In this document: one piece after another, positions 8,870-18,555 of the stretch
Layout of the letters: every line of letters begins with the position of its first letter
Numbering within the stretch: the stretch's first letter is position 1
DNA from: a virus
IMG/VR virus record: IMGVR_UViG_3300039412_000320
Strand: one strand, 5' to 3'
DNA length: 47,493 bases
The notes under the pieces: generated by a model
What the model saw: only the letters and a program-made list of their open reading frames with translations
Told to the model about the DNA's origin: nothing
Database searches by the model: none
Made by a program: the position numbers and the translations under genes

Positions 8870-9053
8870 TTATCCTCTTCCACTTTTCGTAGACCAAGAT
8901 TAGCCACGAGATAAGAAACCCAATGAACACGACGATGGGAGCAACCCAAAACCACCTCAGTGGGAGGTGGTAGATAAGAAACATCCCCACCCCTCCCCCT
9001 ATCCATAGCGGGGTGAGAAGCACAAGAAAGAATCGGCACCAGCCCGGCTTCAT
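8850..9053 (-). CDS. small membrane protein, 67 aa, two predicted TM helices
   Basis: The ORF has two hydrophobic stretches and a start overlap. Confidence 0.45.
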   Translation of the reverse strand: MKPGWCRFFLVLLTPLWIGGGVGMFLIYHLPLRWFWVAPIVVFIGFLISWLILVYEKWKRINGNTGS

Positions 9054-9892
9054 ACTCGTTCATCCTCCTCATCCGAAGGTGGGAGCCGCTCGTCATCGGT
9101 AATCAGGTGTATGGGACGGGCGTCTCCGGTCTTCTTAAATGCCCACTCTTTTTCAGGCGGCGGTTCCTCGGGAACAAAATCCTCCGGGGCTAGTGCCTCT
9201 TCAAGCTGGGGGTTGTGTTCGCCCAACAGCTTGCCGGGGGTGTCCGTCGTGATTTCGCCGCTGCCGTTGAATAGTGGCATGTGGGAAGTCCAACTGGCAT
9301 TCACTTGGTCTTTCCCCATGTTGTACTTGTCGGCCTGCGTGCGCTTATGCTCTTTGATTTCCCCCCGGAGAGACTTCACGGTGTTGATGAGGCTCTCCAT
9401 GGTGACATCAAGGTCGTTAGTCAAACGGGAAAACTCAGCGTCGGCAAGCTGTTTGACCTGTGCGGCATTCAGGCGGATGTATGCTTCTTCTTCCATGAGC
9501 TTGCTGGCGGCAAGAGAGTACCATGCCCCAAACTCCCCATGCAGCCGCTTGAGCTTGCCCTGTGCTTCTCGAATCTTGCTCTCGAACTTGCTCACCTTAT
9601 GGGATACCCGGTCGCAGTCGTCGGCGACCGTCTCCATCGCCATGGTAAGCTGGATGCTGTATTGGGACTCACCGCCCGGAGGGACCGACAATTCCAATTT
9701 GAGCTTAGGCAGCTTGTCAACCTCGGCAGCGAGGTCGGAATACATGTCCTCGTAGGAAATGGCGTCCCCGTTGGACTGGTAGGCAATTTTGGTGACCACC
9801 CCTTCGATATGCTCCAAGATGTAAGCTCCGACCAATAGCCGTTCCGCTTGGAAGGAGTCTATAGCCGCTTTGACATTGATAAGTCCCGTCAT
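9050..9892 (-). CDS. hypothetical coiled-coil protein, 280 aa
   Basis: The ORF shows ATGA coupling at both ends. Its C-terminus is acidic and proline-rich. Confidence 0.6.
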   Translation of the reverse strand: MTGLINVKAAIDSFQAERLLVGAYILEHIEGVVTKIAYQSNGDAISYEDMYSDLAAEVDKLPKLKLELSVPPGGESQYSIQLTMAMETVADDCDRVSHKVSKFESKIREAQGKLKRLHGEFGAWYSLAASKLMEEEAYIRLNAAQVKQLADAEFSRLTNDLDVTMESLINTVKSLRGEIKEHKRTQADKYNMGKDQVNASWTSHMPLFNGSGEITTDTPGKLLGEHNPQLEEALAPEDFVPEEPPPEKEWAFKKTGDARPIHLITDDERLPPSDEEDERV

Positions 9893-10251
9893 GAAGTTCC
9901 CTCTGATTGACCCTCTGTTCCTGCCGGGGGTCCGTTTGTGATTGGTTCACTCCCATCTTCTTTCCTGAGATAGGCTTGAACCTTCGTTGTCCGCTTGATA
10001 ACCTTCCGTACTTCATCCTGCATGGTTTTGCCGTCAATCTTGCCCTGCGCACACTTACTTCCGAGCAAAGATTTCCAAGCGGCCATAAACATGGTCAGGC
10101 TGTCATCGACCACATCAGCGACCTCTTCCAAGGGAGTGTCGCCCTCTTGGTAAGCCCCCTTGATATTGAAGAACCGGCTCATGCCGTTGCCAAACTCCTT
10201 GTCGGCAAGCTCCAAGGAGATAGTCACCGACCTAACCACCATATTGCTCAT
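9889..10251 (-). CDS. hypothetical protein, 120 aa
   Basis: The ORF shows ATGA coupling. Confidence 0.55.
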   Translation of the reverse strand: MSNMVVRSVTISLELADKEFGNGMSRFFNIKGAYQEGDTPLEEVADVVDDSLTMFMAAWKSLLGSKCAQGKIDGKTMQDEVRKVIKRTTKVQAYLRKEDGSEPITNGPPAGTEGQSEGTS

Positions 10252-10771
10252 TGCATTCCCCTTTATTATTACTGGATTTCTTTGAATTTTTCAAGATTTT
10301 TAGCAACTTTCCAATTTTCTTCATTTCATAATATGAATATACATTCCCCCTTACCCGGTTACATTCCCAACAACAAACAACACAGTTATCTTTAGAATAT
10401 CCAAGGCTATTGTTTTTTCTATCTAGGTTTGTTGCATGGGTACAACGCTTAAATGATTTTCTTGACTCCCATGAGACCAATGAGCCACAATATTCACAGG
10501 TTTCTATATGTGTGAATTCCAACAATTCTTCGTAGGATAAGAAAACGGGGTGATTTTGTCTTTTCAGATAGGTTAAGATGTGCTCAAATGGTTGAAGTTT
10601 GCAACTCCAAATTTTTCTATTTCCGCACGTGTGACAGTACCCAGGAGAGTCGTTTTTAGAAAGATAGCAACCTCGTCTCCAAATTTCCCGACCGCAACCT
10701 CTACACAAGAAGGCGTACTCAGTGTTATGCCCCCGTTTTTTCTTATTTATTGCCATGGATGGATTAATCAT
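10232..10771 (-). CDS. HNH homing endonuclease (HNH_3-type)
   Basis: The ORF carries NLDRKNNSLGYSKDNCVVCCWECNRVRG plus several CxxC pairs. It is AT-rich relative to its surroundings. Confidence 0.8.
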   Translation of the reverse strand: MINPSMAINKKKRGHNTEYAFLCRGCGREIWRRGCYLSKNDSPGYCHTCGNRKIWSCKLQPFEHILTYLKRQNHPVFLSYEELLEFTHIETCEYCGSLVSWESRKSFKRCTHATNLDRKNNSLGYSKDNCVVCCWECNRVRGNVYSYYEMKKIGKLLKILKNSKKSSNNKGECNEQYGG

Positions 10772-12680
10772 CCATTACTCTTTCGTCTTCTTTGCTAGAA
10801 ATTCCCAGAAACTCCCCCTTTAAGAACTTCCCCAGACTAAGTTTTTTGCAATGCGCCTTGAGTAGAGAACGAAACTCATTATCGGAGGCGGCGGACTCTA
10901 TACTACCAGCATCTAAATCAAGGCACTCCTCATTATCTAACAAGCCTGTTGTATAAGACCCCCCCAGAATCTTTGCAAAGACCCCCCTCTTGTTCTTAAG
11001 CGTATCTATGGCATATTCATCCACTGTTCCCCTTGCCGGAAGAATGTGTAGAGTACACACTGTGTGTGGAGACGCCATCCTTACCATCCTACCAACTAGT
11101 TGGAGCATGTCTCCAAACGACCAGGGGACATCAAGACATACCATATTGGGAGCTTGCTGAAGGTTAATACCCTCGAATCCAGCGGAGTTTATAACGATTA
11201 GGTCGTAGCCGGAATCAGGAGATTGAAACAACCGCTTACTTTCATTTCTTTGCTTCTCATTTTCCCGTCCTGTAATTCTGAGAAACTTGCGGCTAGTAAA
11301 GTGCCCATTTTTCGTCAGCCAGTCAAGCCGGTCTATAAAGGTTCGGTATTTAGTGAAAACAATAACTTTTTCCCCCAACAAATCACCATCCAGAAGGTCA
11401 AGCAACGACTCTTCTTTGGGGCTTAATGTTTTTATATGAAAGTCCTTCTCATTTGACGGGTCAAGCAATGCCCAATGATTTGCAACCAATTGCTGAACTG
11501 AAAGCTGAGTCATTTGGTTATCAGGGTCCCTCTCCTGCTCATAGACTTCCCCCGCTACTTTAACCAAGGATGGAGGAAGTTGGAATTTACCTGAAGGTAT
11601 ATCCTCCAGCAAAAGCTTTTTCTGTCTTTCGTCCAGTTCCACCGGATGGTAGATGGTGACTAGACGTGGAAGCGGCTCCTTGACTTGCCTCTGACTCCTA
11701 CCTAAGTAAAAGGGACGAATACCCTGCTTAAATTTCTCTACATTCTTATACCCAGCAAGAACCCGGATATGACGGCCTCTTCCAATATACTGCTTTCGGA
11801 ATAGACAAAATTCCTCATCAAAGTCCCATAAGCTCCCAAATGGCTTGATTCCGATTGCTGAAGCCACATTATAAAACTCATCGAGAGAGTTCTTCATAAC
11901 AGTTCCGGTAAGCCCCCACACCCACCGCCCCTGCTTGGCTAAAGCCATAACTAAGGCACGGGTCTGGGTGCCCCGACTTTTGAATCTATGGCATTCGTCA
12001 AATATCAGAATAGTCTTGTCTTTGTACTCTTTGAGAATCTCTGAAAATGTCTTTATCTCTTGCGAAATCCTCTCTTTTCCATTATTTACGGGATTTCCAT
12101 CTTCATCAAACCGTCCCTCTACTCTCTTCCTTACCCCTATCATAGAAGAGTATTTGCATATAAGTACATCCTTCTTATTTCCCATCAAGAAATCACGAAG
12201 TTGCTGATACCTGGATTCGGAGGATTTCTTCCCTCGATAAATATCCCGCATCACAAAAGGACGTAGGTTGCTGAATCGAGATAATTCATCGAACCACTGG
12301 TGGGTAGTACTCCTAGTCGTAATTACTACGGTCTTTATGTCTGGTAATCTATCCTTTAGCCAACAACAGGCAGCGATGGCATCAATGGTCTTTCCAAGTC
12401 CGACATTATCTCCATTTATAAAGCGGTTCATCCGTGATAGATGATGAATTTGAACCTTCTGATATTCCCTGATATTAAGGGGCTCCTCCTCTTGCCCGGT
12501 ATCAAAGTTGAGTACTTTGGTCCTTAGAAGAGACGGCCATTTGAATGGTATGGGAGTGATTTCTGGGTGGTTGGGGTCAATGTCCCACTTTCGGATAAGA
12601 TACAGTCTTTCAAGCACTTGCGGGTCTATTCCCAATTCGTTAGTGTATTGGGTTATAAGAGGACAAATGGATTCGCTCAT
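10764..12680 (-). CDS. SNF2/SWI2-family ATP-dependent helicase, 638 aa
   Basis: Motif I is GDNVGLGKT, motif II is DECH, motif III is LTGTVMKN and motif VI is LVGRMVRMASPH. Confidence 0.9.
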   Translation of the reverse strand: MSESICPLITQYTNELGIDPQVLERLYLIRKWDIDPNHPEITPIPFKWPSLLRTKVLNFDTGQEEEPLNIREYQKVQIHHLSRMNRFINGDNVGLGKTIDAIAACCWLKDRLPDIKTVVITTRSTTHQWFDELSRFSNLRPFVMRDIYRGKKSSESRYQQLRDFLMGNKKDVLICKYSSMIGVRKRVEGRFDEDGNPVNNGKERISQEIKTFSEILKEYKDKTILIFDECHRFKSRGTQTRALVMALAKQGRWVWGLTGTVMKNSLDEFYNVASAIGIKPFGSLWDFDEEFCLFRKQYIGRGRHIRVLAGYKNVEKFKQGIRPFYLGRSQRQVKEPLPRLVTIYHPVELDERQKKLLLEDIPSGKFQLPPSLVKVAGEVYEQERDPDNQMTQLSVQQLVANHWALLDPSNEKDFHIKTLSPKEESLLDLLDGDLLGEKVIVFTKYRTFIDRLDWLTKNGHFTSRKFLRITGRENEKQRNESKRLFQSPDSGYDLIVINSAGFEGINLQQAPNMVCLDVPWSFGDMLQLVGRMVRMASPHTVCTLHILPARGTVDEYAIDTLKNKRGVFAKILGGSYTTGLLDNEECLDLDAGSIESAASDNEFRSLLKAHCKKLSLGKFLKGEFLGISSKEDERVMDD

Positions 12681-12713
12681 TAACGGTTAATACTGTGGTT
12701 TGCTTACTTTTAA

Positions 12714-12974
12714 TTACAGTTCATCCCAGTCCAGTACTACCGGCGAGTCCTCTTCTTCGTCATCTTCCCGGCGACCCCGCTTGTGGTGCGGACGGATGTG
12801 TCCGTTTTCTCCAATTTCAAGCTCGGGGATAAGTTCTTCCTCTTCCTCTTCGTCAGACTCTTGGGATTCCTCCTCCGGGTCGTCAAAGAGAAGGTCGTCC
12901 CTCTCCTCCTCGGGAGGGGTTTCGTCTTGGAAAAGAAGCTCGTCTAGCTCGGGTTGTCTCTTCTTCTTAGCCAT
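12714..12974 (-). CDS. highly acidic small protein, 86 aa; possible DNA mimic or anti-restriction candidate
   Basis: About 45% of residues are D or E (for example DEEEEEELIPELE). The protein has a short basic N-terminus and lies immediately upstream of the SNF2 gene. Confidence 0.6.
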   Translation of the reverse strand: MAKKKRQPELDELLFQDETPPEEERDDLLFDDPEEESQESDEEEEEELIPELEIGENGHIRPHHKRGRREDDEEEDSPVVLDWDEL

Positions 12975-13245
12975 TTGGTTTTCCAGCCAAAATCGCTTTA
13001 AGTTCAGGAATACTTACGGTTCTCCAATCGCCGTTCCCTTGCTTTACCTCTAACTTAAAATCAGGAAGTCCGGGAATTCTAGCATCTTCCAAAGTTATCT
13101 CCCCCAAGCCGGGCATATGCTCCATGGGAGGTACTTCGATAACCACTTCACTGCCGCCAAAGGGGGAGCCATTGACCAGTTTGTTCCGCACTCGGGCCTT
13201 AGATATGTCAATGCCGTTTGCCCTGAGATAGAGCTTGTTTACCAC
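12967..13245 (-). CDS. hypothetical protein, 92 aa
   Basis: Called on ORF and overlap with the downstream start. Confidence 0.5.
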   Translation of the reverse strand: MVNKLYLRANGIDISKARVRNKLVNGSPFGGSEVVIEVPPMEHMPGLGEITLEDARIPGLPDFKLEVKQGNGDWRTVSIPELKAILAGKPNG

Positions 13246-13290
13246 TTGCCGCCTCCAGTCCGTCTATAAAAGATACTGATAGGGCAAACT

Positions 13291-13818
13291 TTACTGTTGG
13301 GGTTGGGAGAGCTTTTCTTGCAGGACGCCAATCCGGCGTTGATACCAGCGGATAAGGGACTTATTAGTCTTGCGGGCATTGGTGGTGGGGGCTATTCGCA
13401 TCTCTTTCCGCAACTCAAAAAGAGACTTTGGCAACCACTCCTTCTCCCCGGAGGCTACCCGGTATGCTGTGATGCGGGCACGTCCGCTTCGGAGGAGCAT
13501 CTTGTAGGCGTCCCGGTGAGTAATGACCAGTCCTGCCTCAGCCTGTTGGTCGATGTCTGATTGCTGGTCCTTAGCCGCTCCCTGCAACATAATCAAGCTG
13601 GCTACCAGACCGGTGTAGACCGCAGGATTGACCTCTTTGAGCTTGAGGAAACAACATTCGCCGATGGGCAGGGTTCCGCCCCACGGGTCCTTAAGCAGAA
13701 AGACAAATTGGATGGGTTGAGAACAGAATCGACACTTCATCCCGGAAGTCGGCCCGGCGTCATAGTACTGGCGGCGGTAGGAAAGCTCGGAAGCGATAAC
13801 CTGTGGAATAGTCTCCAT
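13291..13818 (-). CDS. hypothetical Cys-containing protein, 175 aa; apparently leaderless
   Basis: It carries the motifs CRFCSQP...GECCF. The ATG at 13818 lies only 6 nt downstream of the conserved TGGTATACT element. Confidence 0.6.
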   Translation of the reverse strand: METIPQVIASELSYRRQYYDAGPTSGMKCRFCSQPIQFVFLLKDPWGGTLPIGECCFLKLKEVNPAVYTGLVASLIMLQGAAKDQQSDIDQQAEAGLVITHRDAYKMLLRSGRARITAYRVASGEKEWLPKSLFELRKEMRIAPTTNARKTNKSLIRWYQRRIGVLQEKLSQPQQ

Positions 13819-13822
13819 ACCT

Positions 13823-13837
13823 ACAGTATACCACGAA
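13823..13837 (-). promoter_or_regulatory. Conserved extended -10 promoter element, copy 1
   Basis: The minus strand reads TTTCGTGGTATACTGTAGG directly followed by ATG. Confidence 0.5.
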
Positions 13838-13887
13838 ACTCCATCATTTTAGTGAAAAACCAAAAATCTACAGTTATCCTTAATGTT

Positions 13888-14622
13888 CTACGTTTTTGTT
13901 ATGTGTTTAGTTACTCTCTTGTTATACTTACCATCTATCCAAGCTCTTCTTATTCCCCCACTTATTTTCTTTCGTGATTCATCGGTTAGCTTTATACCCA
14001 TATGATACCTTTTTATTTTTTCAAGTCCTTGAGGAGTTAACTTCCATTTTTTACCCCTCTTTCTGCTTTCTTTAACCATTTTTCTAAAGTCGGAATTATC
14101 CCACAGTTTTTTGCTAATTTCTGAACGAAGGGTACGAAGTTCCGAGTTAGCCCATGTTTTAATTACGGCTTTAGTGACTTTAGCACGAAGGGTTGGATTT
14201 TTAGCCCACACCTCTCTACTGGTTTCACTTTTCTCGGCACGAAGTTTATTGTCAGACCATCTTTTTTTCTGAGCTTGGGACATTCTTTGGCGACTTTCTT
14301 GAGATACAGGCCCCGTAAATCCTTCCCCTTCTCGGCAGATGTTATAGCCATACTCTGAGTCTTGAGACTTTAGAAACTTAATAAAATCTTGTTCAATTTC
14401 ATTAAGTTCTTTTCTTGTCTGGATATCCGACCGGAGAGCATGAATAGACCAGACTTTAGGGTCAGGGTGTGCTCTCATTGAATTATAGAGGTGGGAACGG
14501 GTGGAGATTCCCGTCTGGGCATGATTGAATTTTTGCTGTAGATACTTTGTTAAGTTATTTCCCTTGTGCTGCCCAACATAGTATTTTCCTGTTATACTAT
14601 TGACGATTAGATAAATGAACAT
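13888..14622 (-). CDS. GIY-YIG homing endonuclease, paralog of 30648..31346
   Basis: It starts MFIYLIVNSITGKYYVGQHKG, carries EYGYNICREGEGFTGP and has a basic C-terminal tail. The start is the ATG at 14622 behind SD GGGGGAGG. The track start at 14637 lies inside that SD. Confidence 0.85.
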   Translation of the reverse strand: MFIYLIVNSITGKYYVGQHKGNNLTKYLQQKFNHAQTGISTRSHLYNSMRAHPDPKVWSIHALRSDIQTRKELNEIEQDFIKFLKSQDSEYGYNICREGEGFTGPVSQESRQRMSQAQKKRWSDNKLRAEKSETSREVWAKNPTLRAKVTKAVIKTWANSELRTLRSEISKKLWDNSDFRKMVKESRKRGKKWKLTPQGLEKIKRYHMGIKLTDESRKKISGGIRRAWIDGKYNKRVTKHITKT

Positions 14623-14658
14623 AACAACCTCCCCCATAATAGTATTAGGAAGTTGTTT

Positions 14659-14892
14659 TTAACAATTAAACCAGATTATGTGGGTGTAAAGCTCGTCAAA
14701 GTTGTGGTCCCACACGCAGGGGTTGATGCGCTCGTCTGACATCAAGGGAGGCCGGGCGTAGTATCCTATACCGTCGCTTCCCACCACGGGGGCAATGTTG
14801 CGATAAAAATCCTCAATGGTGTATACGTCCCCGTAATCCGGTATTGGACGCCACTCAGGTTCCCGTTTTGTCGGCGGTGGTCCCTGTATCAT
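14659..14892 (-). CDS. hypothetical protein, 77 aa
   Basis: The ORF shows ATGA coupling with the upstream gene. Confidence 0.45.
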   Translation of the reverse strand: MIQGPPPTKREPEWRPIPDYGDVYTIEDFYRNIAPVVGSDGIGYYARPPLMSDERINPCVWDHNFDELYTHIIWFNC

Positions 14893-15428
14893 AACTTTCT
14901 CATTTCCGGCAGTAAGTCCTCTTCTTGCATGTACTTGTCCACCAAGTAGGCGATGGCATAGAACGCCAGTTGGGGACCATGCTGGAGGGACGGGATGCCA
15001 AAGGTCTGCGTGTGCGGCACATGGTACTTCTCAATGGGAAGGGAGTACACGCCTTCCTTGGAGCCGTACAGCACCGCTCTTGGACCTCCTGCGGGGGCAA
15101 GGCTGAGGCCGGGCGGCGGACAGACGGCGATGAGGGATACACCTTCAAACTCTTTCTCAAGCTGCAATCGGTAACCGAACAAGCCGCCGACACCAATGCC
15201 AATGAGCAGAACCTTAGAATTCTCCACCGGCTTCCACGTCAGGGTAGTGCGGTCCATACCGGGCGTACCGGGGAGGTTGGGATTCATGACTTCCGGGGTG
15301 AATTTCTGGAAGAACGTGTCCGCAGGAAAGCGCTCCCGGAGTAGCTTACAAAGCTTGTCGGAAAACTCGATGGATTCCTCCCCCTTGTCAGTCAGAATAT
15401 AGTGGATATAGAATCGGCTCTGTTTCAT
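14889..15428 (-). CDS. hypothetical protein, 179 aa, with a Gly-rich loop (LLIGIGVGGLFG)
   Basis: The ORF shows coupling at both ends. Confidence 0.55.
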   Translation of the reverse strand: MKQSRFYIHYILTDKGEESIEFSDKLCKLLRERFPADTFFQKFTPEVMNPNLPGTPGMDRTTLTWKPVENSKVLLIGIGVGGLFGYRLQLEKEFEGVSLIAVCPPPGLSLAPAGGPRAVLYGSKEGVYSLPIEKYHVPHTQTFGIPSLQHGPQLAFYAIAYLVDKYMQEEDLLPEMRKL

Positions 15429-15748
15429 ATGTTGCTCCGTTCCCGAACGGGAACATCTGTCTCATTTGTCTCGTTTACAGGGCATTTGTTCCCGAGCGGT
15501 AACTTGAGGTTCTCGGGGTGTACCCACAACCCGAATCCATCGGGACACCTGAGAAAAAATCTCCCAAATATCACATCGTAATCAGTCAGCGTCCCGGAGA
15601 GACCGGTTGTGGTTTCCGCTTTGTCTCCCACCTTGAACATACCCATCTCCAAGTCTGAAAGGCTCGGTAGCGCCAATATCTCCACCAAGTCATCCCTATT
15701 GCCGTGCTGGCGGCGACCGCCGCCGCTGTCTGAGGTCAAAGAGCGCAC
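15425..15748 (-). CDS. hypothetical protein
   Basis: The long form overlaps the upstream HNH gene by 13 nt. An alternative start at 15640 (MFKVGDK) behind GGAG is possible. Confidence 0.4.
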   Translation of the reverse strand: MRSLTSDSGGGRRQHGNRDDLVEILALPSLSDLEMGMFKVGDKAETTTGLSGTLTDYDVIFGRFFLRCPDGFGLWVHPENLKLPLGNKCPVNETNETDVPVRERSNI

Positions 15749-16584
15749 ATTATGTTTCCTATGCCGAGACGGCTACATGCCTTCAACTTTTGATACCATC
15801 CCGGAAGCCAATCACGTATCTCGTCCAAGGTCAAGTCCTGCTTGACGGCGTTTGCCTTGTAGGTACACAGGACTACATTGCTCTCCTCATACCCCCGCTC
15901 TGGAACTACCTTGTCAAAGGACAATGATGTTCTTAAGCCCGCCACCTTTGAACGGGGGGCAAGCGCCATCTGTTCGCCTGTGTAAAAGCACTTACCCCTT
16001 TGTTCAGTATATATCCTCCAAGCGTCTTCTACCGTCAGTCTGAAAATGACCCCGAGTTTCCGGGACCTTGCCGCCAAGTCGTTCACCCGCTTGCGGAGAT
16101 AGGTTAACGGGTCGGATAGCCGCTTGAAGGTCTTATCTCTCTGGCACTCCTTGCAGAACGATGACTCGGATATCGTCCTTCCGTTTGACCTTGGAGAGCC
16201 GAACTCATCAGAGGACTTGGAGTGCTTGCATATAGAACAGATGATGTGACCATCCCCCGTGTATTGCCTTCTTGGCTTATGGTTGATGACCCGCTTCCCA
16301 AGCAAAAATGAGGAGACTGTGCTCTTTCCTATATCAAGTTCGCTGGCAATCTCCCAATCATTCAGGCCCCCAGCATGCAACTGGATAATCTGTCTCCGTA
16401 TATCATCGGTTATGGGGGTTTTGTCACCCTTCTTGCGCCTATGGACGACCCTCCTGCCCTCCAGATAATGCTGGACGTTGGTCTTGCTCGTTCCGAGCTT
16501 ATCGGCAATCTCCTTGTCCTTCAGCCCTTGCTGGTGCAGACTCAGGATTTGTGCGATTATACTATCATTAGTCTTAGTCGGCAT
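15736..16584 (-). CDS. HNH-family homing endonuclease with two N-terminal HTH motifs
   Basis: The HTH motifs are IADKLGTSKTNVQHYL and IASELDIGKSTVSSFL. The C-terminus carries SFDKVVPERGYEESNVVLCTYKANAVKQD. It is a paralog of 18552..19325. Confidence 0.7.
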   Translation of the reverse strand: MPTKTNDSIIAQILSLHQQGLKDKEIADKLGTSKTNVQHYLEGRRVVHRRKKGDKTPITDDIRRQIIQLHAGGLNDWEIASELDIGKSTVSSFLLGKRVINHKPRRQYTGDGHIICSICKHSKSSDEFGSPRSNGRTISESSFCKECQRDKTFKRLSDPLTYLRKRVNDLAARSRKLGVIFRLTVEDAWRIYTEQRGKCFYTGEQMALAPRSKVAGLRTSLSFDKVVPERGYEESNVVLCTYKANAVKQDLTLDEIRDWLPGWYQKLKACSRLGIGNIMCAL

Positions 16585-16645
16585 TTATGAACCCACCTAG
16601 TGAATTTGCATTTATCTAAGCACTGGGTAGTTCATTTTTTGATAT

Positions 16646-17899
16646 TCATTCTCCCTTGCCATCGAAATAGTATGTTTCCTCCCGACCATAGGGACGAACC
16701 ATCTTCCATAAAATCTCATAGGCTCCAACAATGTTGCCGTTCTCTAGCTTGATGGCAGCATTGACAATATCAACGGGAAAACACCCATGCAAGTAGTGCA
16801 GCCTGTTTCGGTGCTCAGGGTAGATGCCACGCTCTAACTCGTTGTAAGCCTTCTGTGCTTTCAGGGCTTGCAAAAGCTTATCGTGGAACGCCTTGTACAA
16901 TCCCATCTGCCAACCTTTGACCCATTTGGCAAAGTCCCTTGGAACAGACAAATCGTAGAGGACTTCACCTGTATTATGGTTCAGCTTGCTGTTATGGTCA
17001 AGCCAGGGAGACATGGGATTGTGCATTTCTTGCCAGATTTTCTGGGGTGTGACTCCCGTGACAATCCTGTGGATTCTACAGTACTCGGCGAGCTTCACCT
17101 TCGCCCGGACAGGCGGGAAGTGAGGCCGGTAGACGGCAGCAACATAGCCCTCCTCCGTCATGTCCTTGTCCGCCATGCACTCTTCCACCGACATGTCGAA
17201 CTTCGGCACCAACCGGCACCAGTCCCGGTCCTTGGCATAGCTGTTTAGCTGCTTGTGGAAAGCCTCAAGCTCGGGGTATTCCAATTCCTCCCCGGTCTCG
17301 TTGGCAATGGCAGCAATAAGCACCAGCCCCTCGAAGTTGTAGGGGACAACCACCTTGGTAATCTTGGAGATAATCTCAAAGAACAGAGTGGTATCCTCGG
17401 GAAGGAAATCAGCGAACGCCCTATACTTGACGAACTTCTGCACCTTCTCCGTGGCATACTGCGCCCCCGGCGAGTCAAAGGAACCCCGGCTGGCGACCCC
17501 GTAGATGCCCTCGTAGTGCCACGAGATTCCCGCCCACCCATCCAGCTTGCGGGTGATGGTTATAGGAGACCTCCACATCTTCGCCTGCCCGAGGAGGAAC
17601 TCTGGGGTGAACGTCTCGTCTTGAACTTCCAACTCCCCCTGATTGTTGCGGAAAATGTGGGGTCCTCTTTGGTTGAGGTTGAAAAATTTTGATGGGGGTC
17701 TGGATACAATCACCCCGGCGTCATCCACAATCAGACCACGGCAGATACAAGCTTCAAGAGACCAGTGATTCTCGAAAGTACAACGATTCGAGTAATTCAG
17801 GATTCGCAGGGGCAGTGCGGGGTGACGGCGCTCATTGATAAAACCCTCCCTGATTTGCTTGTTCAGTTCGTCAATGTTTAGCAGATTTTCAAGCTTCAT
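16646..17899 (-). CDS. RNA ligase, Rnl1-like (T4 RnlA-type)
   Basis: The KxDG adenylyltransferase motif I reads ITRKLDGWAG near residue 108. There is an EGLVLI motif-IV-like segment. The ORF is 417 aa and shares an operon with Pnkp. Confidence 0.65.
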   Translation of the reverse strand: MKLENLLNIDELNKQIREGFINERRHPALPLRILNYSNRCTFENHWSLEACICRGLIVDDAGVIVSRPPSKFFNLNQRGPHIFRNNQGELEVQDETFTPEFLLGQAKMWRSPITITRKLDGWAGISWHYEGIYGVASRGSFDSPGAQYATEKVQKFVKYRAFADFLPEDTTLFFEIISKITKVVVPYNFEGLVLIAAIANETGEELEYPELEAFHKQLNSYAKDRDWCRLVPKFDMSVEECMADKDMTEEGYVAAVYRPHFPPVRAKVKLAEYCRIHRIVTGVTPQKIWQEMHNPMSPWLDHNSKLNHNTGEVLYDLSVPRDFAKWVKGWQMGLYKAFHDKLLQALKAQKAYNELERGIYPEHRNRLHYLHGCFPVDIVNAAIKLENGNIVGAYEILWKMVRPYGREETYYFDGKGE

Positions 17900-18555
17900 A
17901 AATCCATCTCTTGTGCTTTAAGCAAGGCTTTCAGTCGTTCTATTTCTTTCTCCATTGCTAAAGGGTTACATTTTGGGTGGGCGAATCCATAGATTTCGCC
18001 TGTTTTATGGTCATGATGAAGGTGGGGAGTTTTTCCACGTGCTAACACTTTCCATGACAGTGTTTCTCCACAACATTCGCAGTTAGGCTCCTCCATCAAT
18101 TTACGAATTACCGTATGAGGGGTATCTTGAAAAATGGGTTGGTATCTCCCCTTTTTTGCTCTGTCATTAGAACCCTTGATAATGAAAGACACACGACAAA
18201 CATATTGTCTTTTCCCTCGATGAGTTCCTGCCATAGAAAACTTGTTTGAACCTTCTACAGGGAGAACTCCACTGCACCCACACGGAAAAGCGTGAAATTC
18301 TCCGGGATTCTGGACATTAAGTGGTTGGCTACCACGGTCCTTCCTGCACCGTTCTTTTTTACAAACTTTACACTCTCCTTGTCCACGGTTAGCAACAGAA
18401 AAACTAGATGTTAAAGATGTCAGTTTAATACCGCATCCGAAACAAGTGCCGTTGCCGTGACAACCACCTTTGGGACCATGATTATGTGGTCTAGTGCAGA
18501 TTCCCCGGTCGGCTCCATTCCTCGCTTTCGGCATTGGCTTGCCACAGATGCTCAT
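17896..18555 (-). CDS. Endonuclease VII-like HNH endonuclease
   Basis: It carries PHLHHDHKTGEIYGFAHPKCN, an EndoVII/HNH motif. The ATG at 18555 overlaps the upstream stop (ATGA). Confidence 0.7.
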   Translation of the reverse strand: MSICGKPMPKARNGADRGICTRPHNHGPKGGCHGNGTCFGCGIKLTSLTSSFSVANRGQGECKVCKKERCRKDRGSQPLNVQNPGEFHAFPCGCSGVLPVEGSNKFSMAGTHRGKRQYVCRVSFIIKGSNDRAKKGRYQPIFQDTPHTVIRKLMEEPNCECCGETLSWKVLARGKTPHLHHDHKTGEIYGFAHPKCNPLAMEKEIERLKALLKAQEMDL

